Source: an uncultured Planctomycetota bacterium (GTDB lineage: Bacteria > Planctomycetota > Planctomycetia > Isosphaerales > Isosphaeraceae). Taken from it: DNA of 64,000 nucleotides. Position 1 is the stretch's first letter. Each line of letters starts with the position of its first letter. The stretch covers positions 736,001 to 800,000 of the forward strand of contig CAWGMQ010000008.1 in NCBI GenBank assembly GCA_963823665.1, given 5' to 3'. This document shows positions 39,521-49,174 of this stretch, piece after piece. The notes under the pieces are model-generated. The model saw only the letters and a list, made by a program, of their open reading frames with translations. It ran no database searches and had not been told where the DNA came from. Both the position numbers and the translations under genes were made by a program.

Positions 39521-41318
39521 CGATGTCGAAAATGTTAACACCGGCTCCAACCGGCGACGTGACGGCCATCCAACGCCCGTCCGGCGAGACGGCCAGGCCG
39601 TCGGATGATCCGCCGCTGCTTCGCTCGAACGCATCCGTTTCCGCACCAGTAGAGGCATTCCACGTCCTGATCTTGAGCGCTCCAACGGCCACTACCCGCC
39701 GTCCGTCAGGTGTGAATTTGACGTCGCTACAGAATGGGACCTGATCTTGACGGTTCGCTCCACCGGGAGCGTGCGCGTCGCCATCAAAAGTCAGCACGGC
39801 GCACCGGCGGAATGGTTCGCGAGCCACGTCGTACAAGCGCACGTGGCCGTGCTCGTTTCCATTCTTGCCGTCGTTCATCGCTCCACCGGCGGCCAAGGTC
39901 CGGCCGTCAGGAGAAAACGCGATCGACCGAACGCGGAATGCCTCGGTCTCCAGTTCCGGCGTCAATCGCCGCCGATTGGCCGCGACATCCCAGAACGTGA
40001 GACTCCCTCCGCCTCCGATCATCACGAGCATCTGCCCGCTGGGGGAGAACGCGAGTGCACCGCCGCCCACCCCATCAATGAGACGGATCTCGCGCCCGCT
40101 TCCGACGTCCCAGACGCGTACGGTTCGATCCGATCCGCTTGTAGCAAGGGTCTGGCTGTCGGGTGAGAACGCCACGGCGACTATATTTACAGCGGGGACG
40201 CCGATCGTGAGCACTGCGCGGCGCGACGCGACTTCCCAGAGCATCACCTCGCTCGGACCATCCTGATCGTCCAGCATGTGGACCCGGCCGGCAAGCAGCT
40301 TGCCATCAGGCGAGAACGCCACCGACTCAACGCCCCGATCGGCCACCGGCAGCGTCGCGACCTTCTTGCAGGAGACGGTGTCCCAAAGCACCACTTCCCC
40401 GGGGCCGTTCTTGGTGTAACGCGCAGCGGCCACAAGTTTGCCAAGAGGTGAAAACGCGACGTCTTGCACCTCACGGCCGATGTCGCGCAAGGGCAAATAG
40501 CGGATCCGCCGGAAGGAGGGCCCGCCGCCGCGCGCAGCGTCTTGTCGCACCCGATGATGTCCGGGAAACCGCCCGTTCTCGGCGTCCGCGGATGCCGCAA
40601 GATCGAAAACCCCCACGGATTTATCACGGTCCCCCAGCTTGATCTCGATTGGCCGATCCTCCCATTTTACGTCGGGGCCGTACGCGTGGATCGTGACGTG
40701 CCCCGGCGGCAAGAAGAATTCGAGCTCACCGTTCGTTGAGCTGGCGAAGAGCGGACGAGGTCTGCCTTCGCTACTGGCGCCCAGCACAACGTAAGCTGCC
40801 CGCCACCATCCCTCGCCAACGAGCTCGGCGTGATACTTCTTCTCCAGGCCGGCTAAACCCGTGCTATCGATCCGGAAGTGCACGCGACAAGCCGGATACA
40901 TGACGACGCTGATCGGCTTGTCGAGCATTTCGCGCGTGACTTTGCAGAGACCGACAAGCGGACGACCCTCCGCCGGTCGGATCGCGTAGATTCCCACTCC
41001 GTCCAGTTGCCTCGGAATTCGTAGCTCGAGCGCCGCTAATCCCCGCGAATTCGAGGTCGCCCCTTCGATTGACTCGGGAACGCTGAAAGACGCCTCCCGG
41101 TCGCAGTCACGCTGAAAGTAGGTGCTCGCAATCGCCCCCTCCATGGGCCGCCCGTCCGCATCGACCAGGCGGATCACCCTGCGAGCGGCTTTCACGGTGT
41201 ACCTCTGGTCCTGTGGATCGCGCTGAGGGTTTCGATTCCGAACCGCACCAACTGACGACCCGAAACCGAAGCAGGCCAGGATCGCACCGAACACGATCTT
41301 CCGAATGGGCGCTCGCAT
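39510..41318 (-). CDS. Exported protein with N-terminal beta domains and C-terminal WD40 propeller
   Basis: Signal peptide; repeated VAFSPDG..LA..S.D.TVRVWD units. Confidence 0.88.
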   Translation of the reverse strand: MRAPIRKIVFGAILACFGFGSSVGAVRNRNPQRDPQDQRYTVKAARRVIRLVDADGRPMEGAIASTYFQRDCDREASFSVPESIEGATSNSRGLAALELRIPRQLDGVGIYAIRPAEGRPLVGLCKVTREMLDKPISVVMYPACRVHFRIDSTGLAGLEKKYHAELVGEGWWRAAYVVLGASSEGRPRPLFASSTNGELEFFLPPGHVTIHAYGPDVKWEDRPIEIKLGDRDKSVGVFDLAASADAENGRFPGHHRVRQDAARGGGPSFRRIRYLPLRDIGREVQDVAFSPLGKLVAAARYTKNGPGEVVLWDTVSCKKVATLPVADRGVESVAFSPDGKLLAGRVHMLDDQDGPSEVMLWEVASRRAVLTIGVPAVNIVAVAFSPDSQTLATSGSDRTVRVWDVGSGREIRLIDGVGGGALAFSPSGQMLVMIGGGGSLTFWDVAANRRRLTPELETEAFRVRSIAFSPDGRTLAAGGAMNDGKNGNEHGHVRLYDVAREPFRRCAVLTFDGDAHAPGGANRQDQVPFCSDVKFTPDGRRVVAVGALKIRTWNASTGAETDAFERSSGGSSDGLAVSPDGRWMAVTSPVGAGVNIFDIVAP

Positions 41319-41562
41319 TGGCACTACCTCAACTTCGGGCCAACGGATTATTGCCGACCGGCGTTTTGACCGGCGGTGCAGACCTCTCCGAGTTTAACAT
41401 CGCCGCCTCGAGACGAACACGTTGCAGATGGCTCGAGTGAGTATCAGCCACTCATTTCGGCCGCACATCGGAACGCCAGCCGCTCGTACCAGCAGGCTTG
41501 TTTCCGGCTTGATCGGGTGGGATGATCGGCTCTGCTTTTCTATCCGTCAAGAGCCTGGGATC

Positions 41563-43056
41563 ATGAAGCAAGTCTCACTTTCTCTACTACTGGCAGGAGG
41601 GCTGGAGACGGTCGTCCGGAACGCCAATCCGTGGTGGCTCGGCGAGCCGATCGCGGGGCTTCCGTCGTTTCGACGTTCGGCGTTCGAGCCGGTTTACCAC
41701 CGGCTGTCGCGCGGGCTAGCCCCGGCCGTCGTGCTGCGCGGCCCGCGCCAGGTCGGCAAGACGACGCTGTTGACCCAGGTCGTCGATCAGTTGATCCGCG
41801 ACGGCGTCGATCCGAAGCGGCTGTTCCGGCTCCAGTTTGATGATCTCAGCAACTTGAAGCGGCTTGCGACTCCAATCGTCGAGCTTGTCGACTGGTACGT
41901 GCGCAACGTGCTGGGCGAGACGCTCAACAGCGCGGCCGCGGCGGGCCGCGCGCCGTTTCTTTTTCTTGACGAGGTGCAGAATCTCCCCGAGTGGGCACCT
42001 CAACTGAAGCATCTCGTGGACCTCGGCAAAGTGCGGGCAATGGTAACCGGAAGCAGCGCGCTGCGGATCGATTCAGGGCACGACAGCCTGGCTGGGAGAG
42101 TGCAGACACTCGAGATGGGGCCGCTCTTGCTGCGAGAAATCGCCGCCTTGCGAGGATTCGGCGACGTTCCGCAGTGCCTTCCTCCCAACGGCCTCGCGCC
42201 GCTCAAGGACAAAATGTTCTGGCAAGCGCTGCGGGCGCATGGCGAGACTTATCGCGAGGTGCGAGATCGGGCTTTCCAGGCCTTCGCAGAGCGGGGCGCG
42301 TACCCGGTGGCCCAGGTCAGGTCCGATATACCCTGGGGCGAGCTGGCCGACTTCTTGAACGAGACCGTCATTCGCAGGGCGATCACCCACGACCTGCGGA
42401 TGGGTTCGCGGGGACAAAAGCGCGACGAGCATCTCTTGGAAGAGGTATTTCGTTTGGCGTGCCGTTACATCGGGCAGTCACCCTCGCAGGCGATGTACCT
42501 CGACGAGATCAGACGAGCGATGAGCGCCGACGTGGGCTGGCAACGAATCCTGGCGTATCTCCGGTTCCTCGATGGTGCCCTCTTGATTCGACTGATCGAG
42601 CCGCTCGAGCTTCGTCTCAAGCGACGGCGCGGCGGTTCCAAACTCTGCCTGTGTGACCCGATGCTGTGCGCAGCGTGGTTACAAGAGGTGATCCCGCTTG
42701 ATCCGGAGGGCCTCGCCGCATCGCCGCATTTGTACGATCTCGCGGGTCATATCGCCGAAAGCGTCGTGGGGTACTTCTTTCGCTCCTTGATCGGTCTTGA
42801 CGTGGCGCACTTCCCCGAGCGCAGCGCAGAGCCCGAAGTCGACTTCGTGCTGACGGTGGGCGAGCAACGGATCCCGGTGGAAGTAAAGTACCGTCGCCGG
42901 ATCGATCACCGCGACACCCTCGGCCTGCGGTCCTTCGTCGAAAAAGCTCACTACAACGCGCCCTTCGGCGTTCTGGTGACCATGCTCGACGACCCGGGAA
43001 CCGACGACCCGCGGATCGTTTCCGTGCCGCTGGCAACGTTGCTTTTCATGCGATGA
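41563..43056 (+). CDS. AAA_14 ATPase with DUF4143 (PD-(D/E)xK-like) C-terminus
   Basis: NPWW, GPRQVGKT, LFLDEVQ, VTGSS, SLAGR, KLCLCDP, AESVV, EVDFVL..IPVEVK. Confidence 0.92.
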   Translation: MKQVSLSLLLAGGLETVVRNANPWWLGEPIAGLPSFRRSAFEPVYHRLSRGLAPAVVLRGPRQVGKTTLLTQVVDQLIRDGVDPKRLFRLQFDDLSNLKRLATPIVELVDWYVRNVLGETLNSAAAAGRAPFLFLDEVQNLPEWAPQLKHLVDLGKVRAMVTGSSALRIDSGHDSLAGRVQTLEMGPLLLREIAALRGFGDVPQCLPPNGLAPLKDKMFWQALRAHGETYREVRDRAFQAFAERGAYPVAQVRSDIPWGELADFLNETVIRRAITHDLRMGSRGQKRDEHLLEEVFRLACRYIGQSPSQAMYLDEIRRAMSADVGWQRILAYLRFLDGALLIRLIEPLELRLKRRRGGSKLCLCDPMLCAAWLQEVIPLDPEGLAASPHLYDLAGHIAESVVGYFFRSLIGLDVAHFPERSAEPEVDFVLTVGEQRIPVEVKYRRRIDHRDTLGLRSFVEKAHYNAPFGVLVTMLDDPGTDDPRIVSVPLATLLFMR

Positions 43057-43093
43057 ATTTGATCTACGGGTCCCCCGACCGGAGACGACGCTG

Positions 43094-46000
43094 ATGAGCA
43101 CGACCCGAGTGATTGACCCGAGCTTGCAAACCGAGTACGAGGCCCTCCAAACGTTGTACACGGCGAGCCTCAACAGACGGCCGATTGTTCCCCTGCTCGG
43201 TGCGGGAATCTCGGTCGAATCCGGCTATCCGGCCACGAGTTCGATCATGCGCTATCTCGCGATGGTGCGTTACTTCCTTGATAAACGTCTTTACTTCCCA
43301 GATCAGCTCTTCATGACCGAACGGGATAAGGAGCTGCGTTACGAGAGCAAGGAACACATCGGACGGTTCGGGTGGCCGGACCCGTTCCAATTGAGAGATG
43401 ATCTTTGGAACTCGGACGAGATCGACCGCGATCAGAAGAAACTATTTGGGGCGATAGAAAGTATATACCGTCAGTGGCAGGACGATGAAAATCCCGACGA
43501 AGCCAAGCGTCTGAGATTGATCCACAAACTATTCGCTCGCATGACCGAAAAGGAGCAACGTGATTTTGCCCGTGCCTCGAAAGACCGAGATGGGCTCACC
43601 GATGACGAAGTGAGAGCCTTCCTGAGCCTTCGCCAGTCGCCGACGATCACTCCGAAATGGCGCCCGTTCTTGCGATGGGTAACCGGTCGCCGGGCGGAGT
43701 ATGCGGACAGCCTTTTCCACATGCTTAATCGCGGCCGCGTTCCGGGCAACAGCCATCGCTTTCTCGCATTCCTGACGCGCGTGATGCACTGGAGGCTCAT
43801 CCTGACGACGAACTTCGACGATCTCATCGAACGCGCGATGAGATCGGAGGGATTGTCGCCGATGGTCTTTGACGTATGGCGTCAGGCTGAGCTGCCGAAC
43901 GAGTTGTTAGTAAGAGGGAGCCTTTCTGTCGTGAAGCTTCATGGCAGCGCCTACGGCCTGCGCGTGGATGAGTCGCTTGACGACCCCGTGGCCGACCATG
44001 AAACTGCCCGATTCTGGGGCTACTTCCCAACTGATGCCCTGTTGCTGGTAATAGGCTACGGCGGACACGACCGCCGGATCATGGACTTGGTCGCAGCAGT
44101 GATGGAATTCCAAAGTGCTGCGGGCATGCCGCCGCCGCACGTGCTTTGGACACATGTCGAGATGAGGTGCCCTAGCCATATCAACAATTTGGCCACGCGT
44201 TTTAATTACCCTTCAGCATTTGCCGATCCCGCAAGTCCCGCGATGATCACGGCACGCATCAACGACGCGGGAGCGTTCTTGGCCGGTCTGCATGCTTCGT
44301 ACGCTCAAACTGATCCGGCGAGCACGGAAGCTTACCCGGCACACTCGCAACGCCCGCTCGGCCTGAGACGTGCCGAGGCCGGCAACCCTGTCCCATGGCG
44401 ACAGTCGGCCAGATCCACAGCAGATCCGCGGAGGGATTATGGCGAGCAACACAACCAGCCGCTGGTGCATGTCTTCACGGGAGAGCCGGTCGATGGCACG
44501 CTGCCCGAGGACGATTGCCCCTCCTTCGCTTCATCAATCGCGATGTCGGAGTTCCTCGTCGAGCGAGCTTCAACGCACACGCCGATCTGGCTCAATACTG
44601 CAGTGCACCAATCCGTCGAGGAATTGGTCTCGGAGGTAGTCCGCCAGTGTCGCAAGCACGACGTGGCGTTTCCCTCGTTCGTCCTCGCGTTGCGGGGGAC
44701 ACACCGGGAAGAACAACTGAGGACGGCGGTGAACAGGATTTACGCCACCTTGCGCAGGGGCTCCTACATCCTGGCTCTGGACGGCATCGGCGAGTTCGGG
44801 CGACCTCCCACCACCCACCACGGCCTTCCTGCCTCCTGCGCAGAGCACGTTCTCTCAAGAGTCCAGGAGTTCAGAGCATTCCTCAGCGAGCTGGTCGCGT
44901 CGGCTCATCAATGCAATGACTCTTACATTTGTTTGGCGATCAACGACGTGGCCGACCGATTCGATTCAGGCGGCCGGAGTCCGACTGCCCACCAGAAAGA
45001 GGCATTCGCTCGCATTGTTAATGAGTTCAGGAGCCTGTGTGATGAGATGAGACAAGCCGGCGCCAAATCCGGTCTCGTGCGTTTCCACACCGTCGACGTC
45101 GAGCCACGGCGAAGCCTGTCTGGCGCCAAGATGAGAGCGGAGCTCAAAAAACTCAAGGGGGAGCGAGTTCTATCTGACGATGTGCTGGACGATGTTGAAG
45201 CCCTGCTCGCGAGCTTTCGGCGGCCAATGAGCCGCGTGGCCGTTCGCAAATTGACGGAGGACTACATTAAACCTTATTATAATTTTAATAGCAACCAAGC
45301 ATATCTTGAGTATTTTGACGACCTTTTGGGTGCCTATGTTGCAAACGGCTTCCTCGAACCAATCGCAGGCGATCTGTATTGGATTACCCCGAAGAAGCGT
45401 GACGAAACTTATAACGCCGCGTCGTCTTTGGCGACCAGCAAGGCAATTCTCGACGCCGTTGGCGCGCCGCAACTGGCCCACACTTTCTATGGTCACGCGC
45501 CTGGGTTCGAGACGAATCACTCCGCGCCAGCCGCGGCTAAGATGGCGCGCCAGGTTGCCAGGCTCACGTGCCAGCACAAAGATATCGCGAGCTACTACTA
45601 TTCGGATTTGTTCCTCGCAAGCAAGGACACCTCAGCATACTTCGAACACCTCTACCACAGGATTTCGTCGATTCGCTACCTCACCATCCAGGACGCACTG
45701 GTATTCAGGTGCAGCACTCAGATTCGCAGTCGGCGACAACCGCCCGGTCCCGGCATCCCAACCCCTGTAGACAGCTACCTCCAGAGCATGCTCCAACCAA
45801 AACGACCCGGACGGAAGGACCGGCTCGATGATATTCGCGCTGGAACAGACTCTCTTGCGCGATCGCGAAGTGCTCTTGAGCCAGGTCCCGTCCGACACGC
45901 TCCTGGGCTGGATCGATTGGATCGTCACGCACGACCTTGCCCGGTTTCGCATGAGCTATTACGTTCCGGATAACGCCAAGCCGGTCCCAGGGGAAAAGGC

Positions 46001-47868
46001 GATTGAACGAGAGGTTCGAAAACTCCTGCGGATGTTACTTGACCTCCGGGCCGAAGTCTTGCGGCAGAAAACCGACTACAAAGCGTGCATCGATGCCCGG
46101 ATCATGCAAGTCGAACACCTTCTTGAGGACCTGGATTTCCCGGTCCATCTTGCCAGAGTGATGCATGGCACGCCAATATGTCATACATATGCTCATATGA
46201 TTAAAAAACTCAATATAGAATTAGCGCTCGCTTTAAGGATAAGCTACTAACGAAGAGCGTAAGGAGGCGATGTTTCGGTGCCATGGCTGCATTGCTCGAT
46301 ATCGGCGTCTGCCTCAATGGGCTTGGGGAATTCGAGGAAGCAGCGTCGATCATCACCTGGTTGCGGTGGGCCATCGAGCCCATGAAAGCCAAGAAGGGCA
46401 AGGAGGCCATCGAGCTCGCCGAACACTACGAGCCGCTGGAACTGGAGATCCACTTCCGGGCGGCGGAGCTGATCCTGAGGCCAGTCGAGCGCTGGGATTA
46501 CAAGAACGACTCCCTCGGGGCCAGCGACCATCTTGAGCAACGGTGTGCGGCGGCGATCAAAGAATGTGATGCGGGGCTGATTCTCGTGCACGAGACGAAC
46601 ACCAAGCTGGACAGCTATTTCGTGTACCGGAGCTCTTTTCGCATTCACCGCGCGCGGGCACTGGCACGTCGTTCCAATTTCGTCACGGCCCAACAAGATT
46701 TCGACCGGGCGGTCGCCGAACTGGACACGCGAAGAGTGAGTAGTCGTACGTCTTTGGCAGTGCGAGCACTATATCTAGCCGAAGCGTTGATGGCCTGGTC
46801 CGACTATCAACTTATGAGCAACTGCAGGAGCACATTACGCAATCCCACGTACCAGAGGAGCCTTTCACCTCAAGGCCGGTTCTTTGTCGGATTCGATAGA
46901 TTCATTTCGAAATTGGCCCCCGGCCTCACGGGTCCGGCCGCGAAGGAGCTGCTTCGTCGCGCGATGACTCCCTGGGTCGATTGTGTGTCCGACGACCCCA
47001 AGAAAGCGCGAGGCCTCGCCGAAAAGAGCCTGAACCTGATCCGAGCGGTGAACCCAAGAATCGAAGACGCGGTGGCAGACGCCCGAGATGCACTGAAAAA
47101 GGAGAACCTCAAAGCCGCATGGCTTGACGCCGCGAATCAGAACATAAACAAGGAACAGCTAGATGACGCTCTACGACGTTCGTTAGCGTACTGGAGCGCT
47201 GCCTCGCTCACGACGCTGAAACCGAGCCGATGGGATTGGCGAAGGATCGGAGTTCAGACCCTCACGAGCGTCCAAACCACGCTCGACGACGCCGAGGGCT
47301 ATCTGACGAACGCCCGGCGTGACATTCAGTTCTGGTATCTGCTTCACCGCCTTCGCGCCCAGGCCTGTTTCGAGGAACTCTTGATGATGCTTACTCTTGG
47401 ACCGGACGAGCAGCAGAAACCGAAGAGAAGAACCGGGCTTACCAGCTCTTCCACGCCAACTTCGTCGGTCGCGCCCGCGCAGGGTTACGGGCACTGGCCA
47501 ACGCTCATGACAACCTCCTGGACGATGACGATCCCCGCGCCGCCGGGCTTAAGCGGCTCCATTTCCAGATCTTGCTGGCATGCGCTTGCAACGAATGGAT
47601 CAGACTGAAGGTCAATCCAGAACACGTCGACATTTTCGCGGAGGGGTTCTGGAAGCTCTGGGGTTGGCTCAGTCGCTCCGCCGGGCACGGCACGGATGAA
47701 GACCTCAAGACGCCAAACGCATGCCGAGTGTACCTCAAGCTCATCCTCAGTTCTGCAGACGGACTCGATTACTCACTCTTGGCCAGGGCGTTCGTGGAGC
47801 GACACATCAAGATCTTTTACAACCCGCTAGTTCCTGTTCCCGACCTCTCTCCTGCTCCACTGAATTGA
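43094..47868 (+). CDS. ~1590-aa SIR2-like (SIR2_2) domain protein with degenerate STAND-like centre and helical/TPR-like C-terminus; indels near 45838, 46205, 47420
   Basis: VPLLGAGISVESGYP, LILTTNFDDLIE, VVKLHGS, LLVIGYGGHD. Four same-strand ORF pieces overlap in open frames and join with one small indel each. Confidence 0.78.
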
Positions 47869-47963
47869 GCGCATGGTCGTGATTTCGGTCGAGCTGACCA
47901 ACACCCTCGAACGACTCGGCAGCGGCGCGGAAAGCTTGCGCGTGGCTGGAGGGAATGCATGTG

Positions 47964-49047
47964 TCATTCCTTGTTGTGTCTGCGCGCAACGAGGGTAATC
48001 TTTGCCAAGCAGGCTCGCGATGCCCGTCACGTAGTAACTATACCCATTCCGGCGCTCATGCTCGATTTCGCTGAGTGCGTAACGAATGACCTTGTCTCGC
48101 CCGGTGAAGACGGGGCGATTCGTCCCCAGCTCGTAGAACCGCGCCCACAGCGGACCGGCCTTGGGGTCGGCGACGACGCGCTTGTCACGCTTACCGTCAG
48201 CGCCCGTGAATTCTTCGAGGCGCACGCCGTGAATCGCCACGGCCTGGAACCAGGCCACGGCGCCTTCGATAGCGGCGATGATGTCGGGCGTGGGCTGCTC
48301 GATCTCCATCAGAAAGCGGACGATGCCGACGCTTTCGCCGCCAGAAAGCGTCGGCGGCTCGAAGTTGCGCGCCCAGGCGGGCTCGAGCGTCGTTTCGTCG
48401 TGCTGGGCGCACCAGGCGGTGAGCTTGCCATTCTGTTTGATCTGGGTGCGCAGGATGCAGTCGATTCCCCGGGCCACGGCGGACGCCGCCCGGGCGCGGC
48501 GGGCGGCGTCCACGAAGTCATATGGCCGCTTGCCGGCGGAGCTGTCACGCAAGACGGTCAGTACATTGACCATCGCGTCGTCGTTATAGGTGATATGCGA
48601 GTAGTAGCCCTTTCGGAGCGGGAAATACTGCGGCCAGCCGCCGTTTTGAAACTGGGCGGCGAGCAAATAGTCGAAGCCCCGGTCGAAAACCGCGCGGTAG
48701 CGGGGGTCTTCCGTCGCTTGCACCATCAGGGCGAGAAACCGCAACGGCGTGGTGGTGGCACCGTTGTCGATGGTGTTCGCGCCACCATGCCGAGCCAGTT
48801 CGCCGAGGACTTCGGGCGAGGGTGCAGCGGCAAGGTCGGTGTTCTTGGGCCAGCCACCTTCGGGTGACTGCCATCGGATGACCTCGTCGGCGATGGCACG
48901 CGCCGCGGCCGAGGCGTACCACTCCGGTTTCTGGCGGAGCATGGCGGTGGTCCAGCGGACTTGCGTATCGCCGCGTGCGCATTCGGGGGCGATCAGTATG
49001 ATGCCGAAGGTCGCGGCGAAACAGAAACGTGCGATCGATCGATCCAT
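47964..49047 (-). CDS. pelA: Pectate lyase, PL10 (PelA) family
   Basis: GGWPKN, TIDNGAT, NGGWPQYFP, HITYNDDAM, WCAQHDE, WARNFEP, WARFYE. Likely indel near 47985, true stop probably 47964 (ORF track runs to 47827). Confidence 0.92.
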
Positions 49048-49108
49048 GTCCTTCCTCGTGCCCATGCGCTGCATCCACTTTATGGGAGTGGCCGCTGTGT
49101 CTGTCCGG

Positions 49109-49174
49109 CGACGCGGAGCGTCGGGGAGAGCATTCCCACGCAGATTTTCATTTTAAGGGTCCTGACACCTTTTT
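49109..49174. repeat. REP-like short palindromes at the kinase 3' end
   Basis: CGACGC-GGA-GCGTCG hairpin (49109-49123) and imperfect palindrome AAGGGTCCTGACACCTT (49155-49171). Confidence 0.5.

Noticed and set aside
46200..46290. Programmed frameshift at the A6 run, or an independent gene start after AAGGAGG
   Set aside because: Similar indels occur throughout the window; the SD-like sequence is 2 or 15 nt from the nearby ATGs; the downstream frame is open back to the A run. Not fully excluded without reads.
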